Shown piece after piece: positions 18,501 to 27,402 of a DNA stretch of 64,000 nt. The notes below the pieces were generated by a model, which did no database searches, was not told the DNA's origin, and saw nothing but the letters and a program-made list of their open reading frames with translations. The stretch comes from an uncultured Chloroflexia bacterium. GTDB taxonomy: Bacteria > Chloroflexota > Limnocylindria > Limnocylindrales > CSP1-4. The position numbers were made by a program, and so were the translations under genes. The stretch spans positions 320,054 through 384,053 of the forward strand of contig CAVZVS010000003.1 in NCBI GenBank assembly GCA_963778815.1, written 5' to 3'. Every line of letters starts with the position of its first letter. Position 1 is the first letter of the stretch.

Positions 18501-18892
18501 TGGCGCGCGGCGAAGGTCAGGACCCGCTGCTTGCACAGGCTGACGAACTCGGCGATGCCGTAGGCCTCGATATCGCGCTTGTTGGCCAGGCCCAGGTCGC
18601 GTTCGACGTTGACCTCGACCCACAGCCCTTGGCAATCGAACCCGTTCTGGTAGCGCTGATCGTGGCCGAGCATCGCTCGAAAGCGCTGGTACAGATCCTT
18701 GTAGGTCCGGCCCCAGGCGTGGTGGACGCCCATCGGGTTGTTGGCCGTGATCGGGCCGTCGAGGAAGCTCCAGCGCTCGTTGCCGGCGTTCTGGGCACGC
18801 AGTCGAGCGAACGTCCGACGCTCCGCCCAGCGGGCCAGGACCTCGTGCTCCATGGCCACGAGATCGGGCTTGGGGCTGACGGCTCGGAACAT
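15542..18892 (-). CDS. ileS: Isoleucine--tRNA ligase (type 2, long form)
   Basis: 1116 aa with a HIGH-class motif (PMGVHHAWGRTYKD), a CP1 editing insertion, a KMSKS-like MHKSAGN motif and an anticodon-binding C-terminal region. Confidence 0.95.
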   Translation of the reverse strand: MFRAVSPKPDLVAMEHEVLARWAERRTFARLRAQNAGNERWSFLDGPITANNPMGVHHAWGRTYKDLYQRFRAMLGHDQRYQNGFDCQGLWVEVNVERDLGLANKRDIEAYGIAEFVSLCKQRVLTFAARQTEQSIRLGMWMDWNDPHELRRLRDLLAEDPAQVTTIEGPDGPITDSVEMLVGRLGMPDLGGSYFTFSNENNDLIWGFLAECHRRGWLYKGHDTMPWCARCGTGMSQHEMTEGYRDRDDPGLTVRFPLVDRPGEALLVWTTTPWTLTSNVAAAVGPDLRYVLVRQGDERLWVARGTLKSALVGPFEVIEERSGSELVGWGYDGPFDDLHAVKTAFAAGTRDEPGAPYRHRIVAWTEVGEEEGTGIVHIAPGCGAEDFALGKELGLPVIAPLDESGIYLDGFGPYTGRDVRDVTEPIVEHLKAHGRFYRLETITHRYPHCWRCGTALIFRLVDEWFISMGEVYDRSRQELTADEVDRSLRYQIMEVVDAIRWLPGFGYDQEIRWLHDMHDWMISKKRYWGLALPIYDCAECGTVTVIGGRDELRERAVEGWSEFDGHTPHRPHVDAVRIGCSGCGRPIARIADVGNVWLDAGIVPFSTLHYREEPDFWAQWFPADFITESFPGQFRNWFYAMLAMSTVLRREPPFKTIFGFATLLGEDGRPMHKSAGNSIEFDEAADRMGVDVMRWMYASARPDDNILFGWHAADEARRGLLVLWNVYAFFVTYARLAGWDPRTSKAAAPAERPVLDRWILSRMAAVAARAEDRLRDYDAEAATRAIDEAIDDLSTWYLRRSRRRFSRSDDPADRDAAFATLHSALLTLARVMAPILPFMTEGIYDNLVAADDPTAPDSVHLTAWPTAETAADRDPSLEAAMTTARRAVELVRTLRGQAGLKVRQPLARLWLALPGGDLYQREALLALLAEEVNVKVVELIGDESALVERRVKPLLPRIGKKLGGAIPAVMAAARAGEFEIHPDGSVSLGGVTLAADEVEILASPRPGTAVAHDDGLVVVIDTTVTPELRAEGDARELQRAIQDLRREAELALDDRIEVWVEPLPDAIAPYLATVAVDTLADSIAAGSGPVRRSGDGGRARHGHGPARSPARRRLGL

Positions 18893-19009
18893 CGGACCTC
18901 GGCTGGGCAGGGGGACGGCGATGGGGCGTTCTAGGCGTCACACCTCGGCGGTCAAGGCCGTCGGAACCCCTCGGGGCGCCCGTACGAGGTTCAAAGTATC
19001 CTACCCGCG

Positions 19010-20824
19010 ATGCAGCAGACGCCGCAGGAAGCCAGACCCCGCCACCGATCCGCGTTCGCGGCAGCCTTCCTGTCCCTGATCTTCCCCGGTCTGGGCCACG
19101 CCTATGCCGGCGCCTGGAACCGAGCCCTCGGCTTCGCCGCCCTGCCCATCCTGATGATCGCCCTGACCGGCGGGGTGGCCCTCAGCTCGGGCCTTGGGGT
19201 CTTCGGCGGCGAGATCATCGCCAATCTGCCCCTGATCCTGGCCGGCAACGTCCTGTTCCTGGTCTACCGGATCGTGGCGGCGGTCGACGCGTACCGGGTG
19301 GCGGCCTACCTCAATGCCGTCGACGCGTCCGGCGGCGGCCGGTTCGGTCGGCCGTCGCTGCGGCTCAACCCGTTGTCGGTGGCCGGCCTGCTGGCGGTCT
19401 GCCTGGTCATCGCCGGTGGGCACGGTGTGGTGGGCTACTACGGGGTCACGGCCCAGGACGCCCTGGCCTGCGTGTTCGATCCGACCCAGTCGTGCGACGA
19501 CAACAGCGACAGCCCGGACGCCAGCGCCGACCCGGGCAGCGCGTCCCCGCAGAGCGACGACCCGGGCGATACCCCGACCCCGGCCAGCACCACGGCGCCA
19601 CCCCTCGGGACGGCCCTGCCGACCGCCGCCCTGCCCGACTGGAACGGCACCGACAAGCTCAACATCCTGCTCATCGGTGCCGATCAGCGACCCAAAGAAG
19701 GTACCTTTAACACCGACACCCTGATCGTGGTTTCGATCGACCCCAACACCAAGCAGGTCGCGATGTACAGCCTGCCCCGGGACACGGTCGACGTGCCCAT
19801 CCCTTCAGGTCCCGCCCGATCGGTCTTCGGGGCGGCCTACCGGGGCAAGATCAACAGCCTCTGGCTCAACTCGCGCTACCGCTCCGACGCCTTCCAGGGG
19901 ACCGACAAGACGCGCGGCTTCAACGCCCTCAAGGCGACCCTCGGCGAGCTCTACGGGCTCGACATCCAGTACTACCTGATGGTCAACTTCCAGGGCTTCC
20001 AGAACATCGTCGACACCCTGGGCGGGGTCACCATCAACGTCCAGAACCCGGTCCTCGACGACCACTACCCGGGCGACCACGGGGCCAGCCTGCGGGTCTA
20101 CATCCCCGCCGGGGTCCAGCACATGACCGGGGCCCAGGCCCTCATCTACGCCCGCTCACGACACACCTCGAGCGACTTCGACCGCGCCCAGCGCCAGCAG
20201 CGGGTGATCCTGTCGCTCCGTGAGCAGGCCAACCCGCAGGCCATCATGAGCAACCTGACCCAGCTGCTCAAGGACCTCAAGTCGTCGTTCAAGACCGACA
20301 TCCCGCTGGCCAAGCTGCCCCAGCTCATCGGCCTGTCGAGCAAGATCGACTCGACCAAGATCCGCTCGTTCGTGTTCAGTCCGCCACGCTTCGCGACGAA
20401 CGCGACCGACGAGCGCGGCTCCATCGTCGTTCCCAACGTCAGCCGCATCCGGCAGGCCGTGGCGACCGCGTTCAAGCTCGATCCGGTCATCGAGAAGCAA
20501 CGCGAGGCGGTCGCCGGCGAGGACGGCGTGATCTGGGTCGTCAACGGGACCGGTCAGGTCGGTCAGGCGACCTCGATCGCCGGCTACCTCGAGTACCTCG
20601 GGCTGACCGCCAGCGCGCCGACCAAGCGCCCTGACGGGACCACGACCCAGACCAGGATCCGGGTCTACAACGGCCGCGAGTCGGAGCTGCCGGCGACGAT
20701 CGCCCTGCTCGAGAACGTGTTCAACGTCAAGGCGACCTACCTCGATGACCCGTCGGTAACGGTCGATGTCATCGTGACGACCGGGACCAAGACGCCCGCC
20801 CTGGCCGCGCCGCCGGGTCCCTGA
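19010..20824 (+). CDS. LytR-CpsA-Psr (LCP) family cell-envelope phosphotransferase with a LytR_C-like C-terminal domain
   Basis: 604 aa. N-terminal TM segments and an acidic/Pro-rich linker are followed by the LCP core LNILLIGADQRPKEGTFNTDTLIVVSIDPNTKQVAMYSLPRDT...ALIYARSRHTSSDFDRAQRQQ. The C-terminal part resembles the LytR_C module. Confidence 0.85.
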   Translation: MQQTPQEARPRHRSAFAAAFLSLIFPGLGHAYAGAWNRALGFAALPILMIALTGGVALSSGLGVFGGEIIANLPLILAGNVLFLVYRIVAAVDAYRVAAYLNAVDASGGGRFGRPSLRLNPLSVAGLLAVCLVIAGGHGVVGYYGVTAQDALACVFDPTQSCDDNSDSPDASADPGSASPQSDDPGDTPTPASTTAPPLGTALPTAALPDWNGTDKLNILLIGADQRPKEGTFNTDTLIVVSIDPNTKQVAMYSLPRDTVDVPIPSGPARSVFGAAYRGKINSLWLNSRYRSDAFQGTDKTRGFNALKATLGELYGLDIQYYLMVNFQGFQNIVDTLGGVTINVQNPVLDDHYPGDHGASLRVYIPAGVQHMTGAQALIYARSRHTSSDFDRAQRQQRVILSLREQANPQAIMSNLTQLLKDLKSSFKTDIPLAKLPQLIGLSSKIDSTKIRSFVFSPPRFATNATDERGSIVVPNVSRIRQAVATAFKLDPVIEKQREAVAGEDGVIWVVNGTGQVGQATSIAGYLEYLGLTASAPTKRPDGTTTQTRIRVYNGRESELPATIALLENVFNVKATYLDDPSVTVDVIVTTGTKTPALAAPPGP

Positions 20825-20867
20825 CCGCAGGTCTCGCCGACCCCGGCGCATCGGCCGGTCACGGGTC

Positions 20868-22673
20868 TCAGGCCTTCTCGGTCACCCGGTACTCCAGGTA
20901 CTTGCCGGCCATCATCCGGGTCTGCGCGTCGAGCGCCGGCAGTGTGCTGAAGATGAGCCCCACGAACGGCAGCGCCAGCCACTGGAGGTACGACGTGCCG
21001 CGCTGGATCCAGCCCCAGCCGGCGGGTCGAGGCGGGGCGATCTGCTCCTCCACGAAGACCAGGATGAGCAGGCAGCAGAATGCCCCGGTCAGCAGCCAGG
21101 CGGCGTACAAGGGCAGGTTCTGACCGAGTGTCGTCTGGGCGAAAGCCGGGTTGAGCAGGAGCGGCAGGTTCGATCCGAAGATGATGATGAACGGAGCGAT
21201 GGCCCAGTTGATGTGGTCCATCCACAGATCGATCAGACGCCGGATCCGGAGGCCCCGGGGGATCTCCGTATGGGCGAAGGCGTTGCGGATGTAGTACGGG
21301 ATGTCGGTGATGCCCCAGGCCCAGCGCCGGATCTGGGTGTACTGCTCGACCAGTGAGCGCGGATACGACTTGGCCCGCACGGCATCGCCGTACATCGGGA
21401 TGAACAGGGGCACCGCCGCGAACTCGCCGCTGAACCGGAAGAAGCTCTTCCAGTAGAACCGACTGTCCTCGGGGATGGCATCGGTCGCCCAGTAGTCGAC
21501 CTCGTGGACCGTGCGCAGGCTGACCGCGTACGACGAGAACGAGACCAGCTTGCGCGGTGTCAGCGACCGCCACATCTGGACATGGGTCGCGCCGACCGCC
21601 ACCAGCCGGACCGCCAGCGGCGTGTCCCACAGGTTGTTGTGGAACATCGGGATCGGCTGGTACAGGCGGCGGTAGCGATCCGGGTCGGTCAGGAAGGTGT
21701 AGGTCAGGTAGCCGAAGTACTGGGGGTGGACCCGGTAGTCCGAGTCGAGGTCGGTCACGACCACGGTCGCCGGATCGAACCCTCGACCGACCAGCTCCCG
21801 ATACAGCCAGCGCCCGCCGTAGGCCATGGCCGAGCTCTTGCCCACGACGATGCCCGGTTCGAGCGGGTCGAGGATGTGGAAGAAGTGCCGGAAGCGGTCG
21901 CCGAACAACGCCTGGAGGCGGGCCACGTTCTCGCGCCCGCCGATGTCCGTCTCGCGGGTGATGATCGCGACCATCAGCTGCTCGCGCGGAAAGTCAGCCT
22001 CGGCCAGGGCGCGGACCGTCTCGAACAGCTTCTCGAACGGCTCGGTGTAGGTCGGAACGAGAGCGACGTGGAACAGCCGCTGCGGATCGACTGCCAGCTC
22101 GGGGCGCCCGGCCAGCAGGCGAGCGAGGTCGCGCCGCTCCGTGTCGAGCCGAACCAGCTCGCGCCGCCCGCCGACGGCCGCCAGGGACGCTCCCATCCGC
22201 TCGAGCTGGTCGATCCGGGCACGGACGAGCGGGACCAGCCGATCGATCTCGCGCAGGCGGGCGGCCGGGTCGCCGAGAGCCAGCGCCCGGACGCGCCAGT
22301 CCGCCGCCATCGTCCGACGCATCCGGCCGAAGGTGACGCACACGCTGCCGGTCAGGACCACGGCCTTGTACAGCCAGTAGAAGTCGAAGGTCAGGACGAA
22401 CCAGGCGACGATGGCCGGGAACCAGAACGACAGGACGAGCGGGCTGAGGATCAGGGTCCAGCTGATCAGACCCGGGACGATCTCGAGTGAGCGCTGGATG
22501 AGCCGCGCGCGAGCCGGATCGCCGGCATCGGTGACCGGGCCGGTCCTTGCCGCGGACGACGAATCCTGGGGAGTGCTGTTCGACCTGGGCGCCTCTTCGA
22601 CGAGGTCTGGCTGCGGCGGCGCAGCGAGCGCTGGCGGACCCCCGATCAGGGTCGACGCCCGATCGTCAGCCAC
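20868..22673 (-). CDS. Membrane-embedded family-2 glycosyltransferase, processive synthase type
   Basis: 601 aa with N- and C-terminal TM bundles flanking a GT-A domain. Motifs: VPTYTEP, TDLDSDYRVHP (DxD), DAIPEDSRF (ED) and QIRRWAWG (QxxRW). Confidence 0.8.
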   Translation of the reverse strand: MADDRASTLIGGPPALAAPPQPDLVEEAPRSNSTPQDSSSAARTGPVTDAGDPARARLIQRSLEIVPGLISWTLILSPLVLSFWFPAIVAWFVLTFDFYWLYKAVVLTGSVCVTFGRMRRTMAADWRVRALALGDPAARLREIDRLVPLVRARIDQLERMGASLAAVGGRRELVRLDTERRDLARLLAGRPELAVDPQRLFHVALVPTYTEPFEKLFETVRALAEADFPREQLMVAIITRETDIGGRENVARLQALFGDRFRHFFHILDPLEPGIVVGKSSAMAYGGRWLYRELVGRGFDPATVVVTDLDSDYRVHPQYFGYLTYTFLTDPDRYRRLYQPIPMFHNNLWDTPLAVRLVAVGATHVQMWRSLTPRKLVSFSSYAVSLRTVHEVDYWATDAIPEDSRFYWKSFFRFSGEFAAVPLFIPMYGDAVRAKSYPRSLVEQYTQIRRWAWGITDIPYYIRNAFAHTEIPRGLRIRRLIDLWMDHINWAIAPFIIIFGSNLPLLLNPAFAQTTLGQNLPLYAAWLLTGAFCCLLILVFVEEQIAPPRPAGWGWIQRGTSYLQWLALPFVGLIFSTLPALDAQTRMMAGKYLEYRVTEKA

Positions 22674-23658
22674 CCTCGCCGATCGGGGTCAGCCAATGGC
22701 GGTACTCGGGCAGCCGACCGCGGACCCCGTCGAAGTAGCGCGACCGGATGACCCGGCTGATGGGACCGACCTGACCGGAGCCGACGGCCCGGTGGTCGAC
22801 CTCGATCACCGGTGAGACCTGGACCCCGGTCCCGACCAGGAAGACCTCGTCGGCGATGTACAGCTCGGAGCGGTCGATCGAGCGGATCAGGGTCGGGATG
22901 CCTTCGTTCGCGGCGATCTCGAGGATGGCTGCGCGGGTCACGCCCTCGAGGATGTCATCGGTCACCGGCGGGGTCAGGATGACGCCATCCCGGATCACGA
23001 ACAGGTTGGCAGCCGAACCCTCGGAGGCATGCCCATCGGCGGTCATCACCAAGGCCTCGTCGAAGCCGTTGAGCTCCGCCTCGGACTTCTGGAAGGCCAT
23101 GTTGGCGTAGCCGCCCACGATCTTGCCCCGGGCCGGGATCGCCTCGTCCATGTTCCGGCGCCACGAGGACGACATCACCCGGACCCCGGTCTCGGTGTCG
23201 ATGTAGTTCCCGAAGGGCAGGGCGATGATGTACAGCTCGTGCTCGAGGTGGTGGAGCCGGACCCCGATCTGGCGGGACGACTTGTAGAACGACGGGCGGA
23301 TGTAGACATCCTCCCTGAAGCCGTTCCGGCGGACCGTCTCGAGGAGCAGTCCGATCAGCTCGTCGACCGAGGGCAGGTCGTCCATCAGCAGGATCCCGGC
23401 GTTCTGGCGGATCCGCTCGACATGCTCGCGGACCTTGAGCCCGTAGAGGGTGTGCTGCTCCGGGTTCCAGTAGGCCCGGACCCCCTCGAACACGGCCGTC
23501 CCGTACATGAAGGCGTGGGTCATGATGCTCACCTTCGCCTCGCGCATCGGGACGAAGGCGCCCTCGAAGTAGCAGATGAGGTCGTCCGCCTCGACCGCCG
23601 GCTTGGCCAGCGCGGGCGTCGACTCGATCCGGTCGGTCGGGTTCTTCTCGGTCAGCAT
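22666..23658 (-). CDS. ilvE: Branched-chain amino acid aminotransferase (class IV)
   Basis: 330 aa with MYGTAVFEGVRAYW, GGYANMAFQKSEA and the overall class IV PLP aminotransferase pattern. Confidence 0.9.
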   Translation of the reverse strand: MLTEKNPTDRIESTPALAKPAVEADDLICYFEGAFVPMREAKVSIMTHAFMYGTAVFEGVRAYWNPEQHTLYGLKVREHVERIRQNAGILLMDDLPSVDELIGLLLETVRRNGFREDVYIRPSFYKSSRQIGVRLHHLEHELYIIALPFGNYIDTETGVRVMSSSWRRNMDEAIPARGKIVGGYANMAFQKSEAELNGFDEALVMTADGHASEGSAANLFVIRDGVILTPPVTDDILEGVTRAAILEIAANEGIPTLIRSIDRSELYIADEVFLVGTGVQVSPVIEVDHRAVGSGQVGPISRVIRSRYFDGVRGRLPEYRHWLTPIGEGG

Positions 23659-23776
23659 GGTTCGGCAGCTCCGGTTCGGGCTGGCCCCGCGAACGGGCGC
23701 GCGGGTCGCGACGAGCGTCGGCCGAGTATACCAGCGGACTCCAGCCGCTCTGGCCGTCGCCGTTGCTGACCGACGG

Positions 23777-24826
23777 TCAGAGACTGACGCCGGCCAGTGT
23801 CGCCAGGACCAGGATCACGTAGAACAGATACAGCGGCCCACCGACCAGCAAGGTCCGGGCGCTCAGCGGCCGGCCCCGAGCGAGGGGCAGGAAGATGATC
23901 CCGGTCGCGATGAAGGCGATCGCCGCCGAGGCGAAGGCCAGCAAGGAGTCGCTGGTCACGGCCCACGACGACGACGCGAAGATCAGGGCCACCGACGTCG
24001 GGATGACACTCTGGAAGACCATCGCCCCGGTGATGTTGCCCATAGCCAGGGTGTCCTTGCCCTGGCGGACCCAGATCACGCTGTTGAACTTCTCCGGCAG
24101 CTCGGTCGCGATCGGCGCGATGATCAGGGCCAGCAGGATCTCGTCGATCCCGAGCGAGTGCGACAGCTCGGTCACCGCACCGACGAAGAGGTACGCCCCG
24201 CCGACGATGCAGGCCAGGGCGAGCACGACCTGGATGCTCACGATCCGCAGACGTGGCGGCTCGGGATGGGCGGGACCGCGGACGTCCAGGCGGTGCAATC
24301 GGAGCGGGGCCAGGTCCGGGTCGCCGTGACCGGCCTCGGCCTGGAAGTGCTCGCGGACGTAGTAGGCATAGATCAGCAGGAGGACGACCGCGACCCCGAT
24401 CCGGGGCCAGGTCAGGTCGGCCGGCAGGAAGGCCACCCCGATCGCGAGGGCATAGGCGATCACGAAGAACTTCATGTCGTGGACCAGGACGCTGCCGCTG
24501 ACGGTCATCGTGGCACCGGTCTTGCGCCGTCCGACGGAGACCAGGATGGCCGTCCCGGTGACGAACATGGCCAGCGTCGCCAGCATGAACGGGGCGCCCA
24601 GGATGGCTCCGATCCCGACCTCGTCGGAGGCTTCGCTGGTCCCGATCAGGATGGCGATCAGGGGGATCATCGTCTCAGGCAGGGCGGTCCCGACGGCGGC
24701 CAGCACGGAGCCGACGGCGCCCTCGGCCAGGCCCAGCTTGTGCCCGAACCATTCGATCCCGTTGGTGAACAGCTCGGCACCGAGCAGGATGACCAGGAAG
24801 GCGACGACCAGGATCAGCAGGTCCAC
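23777..24826 (-). CDS. Sodium/calcium exchanger (CaCA family) membrane protein
   Basis: Two alpha-repeat signatures are present: GTALPETMIPLIA and ATELPEKFNSVIW. The N-terminus reads LLGAELFTNGIEWFGHKLGL. I chose the GTG at 24826, 2 nt after the upstream stop, because the Arg-rich 55 aa further upstream is implausible. Confidence 0.8.
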   Translation of the reverse strand: MDLLILVVAFLVILLGAELFTNGIEWFGHKLGLAEGAVGSVLAAVGTALPETMIPLIAILIGTSEASDEVGIGAILGAPFMLATLAMFVTGTAILVSVGRRKTGATMTVSGSVLVHDMKFFVIAYALAIGVAFLPADLTWPRIGVAVVLLLIYAYYVREHFQAEAGHGDPDLAPLRLHRLDVRGPAHPEPPRLRIVSIQVVLALACIVGGAYLFVGAVTELSHSLGIDEILLALIIAPIATELPEKFNSVIWVRQGKDTLAMGNITGAMVFQSVIPTSVALIFASSSWAVTSDSLLAFASAAIAFIATGIIFLPLARGRPLSARTLLVGGPLYLFYVILVLATLAGVSL

Positions 24827-24828
24827 GA

Positions 24829-25185
24829 TCAGCGCTCCACCGTGATGCCGAGGAAGACACCGACGGCGATGACGACCAGGATGGCCACCGAGATCAGGGT
24901 CATCCGTCGCTCGCCGGCGGCTGCGAAGCCGATGCCCGACGCGGCGACCCGGGCCAGCGGCGTGGCCAGGATCACCAGCAGACCGAGCCACAGGAACCCG
25001 ACCGGGCGCAAGGCCAGGATATCGGCCGGGATGGTCGACGGGTCGAACGGCGGGGCCGGGGCCAGCGGCGAGATCCCAGCCGCCAGCATCAGGACCACCC
25101 CCACCCCCATCAGCCCGATGCTCAGGTAGGTGCCGCCGGTCAGCAGCCGGGCGATCGATCGATCCAGGTCGCGTTCGGGCTTCAT
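24829..25185 (-). CDS. DUF1634 domain-containing membrane protein
   Basis: 118 aa with 3-4 TM segments. Its 4-nt overlap with the upstream TauE/SafE gene is the usual TauE-DUF1634 pairing. Confidence 0.65.
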   Translation of the reverse strand: MKPERDLDRSIARLLTGGTYLSIGLMGVGVVLMLAAGISPLAPAPPFDPSTIPADILALRPVGFLWLGLLVILATPLARVAASGIGFAAAGERRMTLISVAILVVIAVGVFLGITVER

Positions 25186-25955
25186 CCCAGGGCCCGTCCA
25201 GCCATCTGCCAGGCGGTGAACAGGAGGACCGCGACGAACATCAGCCGAAGGAGCCGGACATCGATCAGATGGGCCGACCGCGAGCCGAGCGTCGCGCCCA
25301 GGAAGACGCCCACCGCGGTCGGCCCGGCGACGTACGGATCGATCCCGCCTCGGACGAGGTAGATGATCGCGCTGGCGGTCGCGGTGATCCCGATCATCAG
25401 GTTGCTGGTGGCGGTCGCCACCCGCAGCGGAACGCCCATGGCCAGGTTCATCAGGGGCACCTTGACCAGTCCTCCACCGATCCCTAGCAGGGCCGACACC
25501 ACGCCCGCGAAGAGGCTGCCGACCACTCCCAGACCGAGGTTGTGGATGGCGTACGGCTCGGCGCCCTCAACGTCGGCCGCGGTCGGTTCCCGTCGGCGGA
25601 GCATGGTCAGGGCGGTGTACACCAGCAGGACCGTGAACAGACCAGCCAGGACCTGATCGGACAGCAGGAAGGCGACGGTCCCGCCGATCAGGGCTCCGAT
25701 GGCCGTGAACAGCTCGAGGCTCATCCCCAGGCGCAGGTTGGCGACGTGACGCTCGAGGAAGACGCTGGCCGAAGCCGAGCTGGTGACGATGACCGCGACC
25801 AGGCTGACTCCGACCGCTTCACGCAGGGGCAATCCGAAGCCGAGGGTCAGCAGGGGCACGATCAGGGTCCCCCCGCCCAGTCCGAGCAACGACCCGAACA
25901 GGCCGGCCGCCGCACCGCCGCCGATCATCAGGAGGGCGATCCCCGCGTCTGGCAT
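25182..25955 (-). CDS. Sulfite exporter TauE/SafE family protein
   Basis: 257 aa with 7-8 TM segments and the internally repeated GxGGG motif (GLGGGTLIVPLL and GIGGGLVKVPLM) typical of TauE/SafE anion exporters. Confidence 0.85.
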   Translation of the reverse strand: MPDAGIALLMIGGGAAAGLFGSLLGLGGGTLIVPLLTLGFGLPLREAVGVSLVAVIVTSSASASVFLERHVANLRLGMSLELFTAIGALIGGTVAFLLSDQVLAGLFTVLLVYTALTMLRRREPTAADVEGAEPYAIHNLGLGVVGSLFAGVVSALLGIGGGLVKVPLMNLAMGVPLRVATATSNLMIGITATASAIIYLVRGGIDPYVAGPTAVGVFLGATLGSRSAHLIDVRLLRLMFVAVLLFTAWQMAGRALG

Positions 25956-25984
25956 CGGCGTCGCCCCGACCGTTCGAGCCGACG

Positions 25985-26254
25985 CTAGGGGCGAAGGTGC
26001 TGCGGTGCGTACGGCAGGAGCGCGACGTGACGAGCCCGCTTCAGCGCGACTGCCAGCTCGCGCTGGTGCCCGGCGCAGGTGCCGGTCTTGCGACGCGGCT
26101 CGATCTTGGCCCGCTCGGACAGGTAGCGACGGAGGCGGTTGACCTCCTTGTAGTCGATCTGGACGGTCTTGTCCGCACAGAACGCGCAGACCTTGCGGCG
26201 GCGGCGATCGCGGTAGTAGTCGTCACGCTTCTTGGCTCGGGCGACAGGTGGCAT
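25985..26254 (-). CDS. rpsR: 30S ribosomal protein S18
   Basis: 89 aa reading [62 protein letters not shown]. Confidence 0.92.
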   Translation of the reverse strand: MPPVARAKKRDDYYRDRRRRKVCAFCADKTVQIDYKEVNRLRRYLSERAKIEPRRKTGTCAGHQRELAVALKRARHVALLPYAPQHLRP

Positions 26255-26314
26255 TCGGTCAGCTCTCCGTGCTGTTCGGTCGGTGGTATCGGTCGGGTCG
26301 GGACTGTCTGGGCG

Positions 26315-26791
26315 TCAGAACGGCAGGTCGTCGAAGTTGCCGCTGTCGAGGTTCTCACCGGAGGGTGCCCCGCCGTCGCCGGCGGGCGCCGGGGTCGGTC
26401 GGGTCGGACGGACGGCCCCCGACGGCTCACCGGACGGGATCCCATCGTCCGAGTCATCGCGGGTGCGGCGCTCGAGGTTGGTCACCTGGTTGGCGACGAG
26501 CTCGGTCGTGTAGCGCTTGGCACCGGTCTGGTCTTCCCACTGGCGCGTCTGAAGACGGCCCTCGATGTAGACCTTGTTGCCCTTCTTGAGGTACTCGGCG
26601 GCGCGCTCCGCCTGCTGGCCCCAGACGACGACCCGGAACCATTCGGTCTCTTCCTGCCACTCACCGTTCTGGCCCTTGAAGTTCCGGTTCACGGCGACCG
26701 TGAACTGGGTGACCGCCTGGCCGCTCGGGGTGTAGCGCATCTCGGGATCGCGCCCGAGATTGCCGATGATCATCGCCTTGTTGAGCGACAT
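26315..26791 (-). CDS. ssb: Single-stranded DNA-binding protein
   Basis: From the ATG at 26791: MSLNKAMIIGNLGRDPEMRYTPSGQAVTQFTVAVNR (OB fold). A Gly/Pro-rich tail follows, ending in the acidic tip DDLPF. Confidence 0.92.
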   Translation of the reverse strand: MSLNKAMIIGNLGRDPEMRYTPSGQAVTQFTVAVNRNFKGQNGEWQEETEWFRVVVWGQQAERAAEYLKKGNKVYIEGRLQTRQWEDQTGAKRYTTELVANQVTNLERRTRDDSDDGIPSGEPSGAVRPTRPTPAPAGDGGAPSGENLDSGNFDDLPF

Positions 26792-26822
26792 GGTCTTGCC
26801 TCCGGGTCGTGTGGCTGGCGGG

Positions 26823-27263
26823 TCAGTCGATCGCGGCCGGAGCGGCTTCGCTCTCGGATTCGTCGATCTGCTCGCCGATCTCCTCGTCTTCCTCGTCGAT
26901 GGCCGATGGCAGATCCTCGACGTCCAGGTCGAGATCGACATCGTCGTCCTCGCCGTCGCGGCGAGCCGACTTGGCCGTTCGCTCGACGCGGATCACCAGG
27001 TGGCGCAGGAGCTCCTCGGTGATGAGCAGCCCGCGCTCCAGCTCGATGATGGCCTCGGCCGGGGCCTCGAAGATGATGATGTGGTACGAGCCTTCGCGGT
27101 GCCGATCGATCGGGTAGGCCAACCGTCGGCGGCCCCACGGGGCGACCTTCACGATCTGACCGCCGGTGGTCACGATCTGACGGGTGGTCCGGTCGATGAT
27201 CGCCTGACTACGGTCGTCGGCGATGTCCGGCCTGAGAACGAGCATGAGTTCGTAGCGGCGCAT
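26823..27263 (-). CDS. rpsF: 30S ribosomal protein S6 with an acidic C-terminal tail
   Basis: MRRYELMLVLRPDIADD...VAPWGRRRLAYPI. A strong Shine-Dalgarno (GGAAGGAG) precedes the ATG. The gene order is rpsF-ssb-rpsR. Confidence 0.92.
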   Translation of the reverse strand: MRRYELMLVLRPDIADDRSQAIIDRTTRQIVTTGGQIVKVAPWGRRRLAYPIDRHREGSYHIIIFEAPAEAIIELERGLLITEELLRHLVIRVERTAKSARRDGEDDDVDLDLDVEDLPSAIDEEDEEIGEQIDESESEAAPAAID

Positions 27264-27402
27264 CCGCGCTCACTCCTTCCTGTGGGTACGCCCCGCTGAG
27301 CGATCGGTCCGAGCGCGCTGCGCTCGCCGGATCAGATGCGGAGCCGAAAGGAAACAGAGGCCAGTCTAGCATGGGGCCTCGGATCGCCCCGACGGCGGCC
27401 CG

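Noticed and set aside
18893-19009. A possible T-box riboswitch upstream of ileS, as found in actinobacterial ileS leaders.
   Set aside because: The leader is at most about 110 nt. I could not find the conserved T-box sequence (the closest stretch, GGGGUUCCGACGG, is a poor match to GGGUGGUACCGCG). I also found no specifier-loop context for the single AUC. A covariance-model scan would be needed, and by eye it is not supported.
14928-22673. Recurrence of the 8-nt overlap motif (A/G)TGGCTGA at two gene junctions: lspA/rluD at 14928..14935 and ilvE/GT2 at 22666..22673.
   Set aside because: The two occurrences simply reflect an M-A-D N-terminus overlapping a G-stop C-terminus. The motif is too short and has too few instances to suggest a regulatory element.
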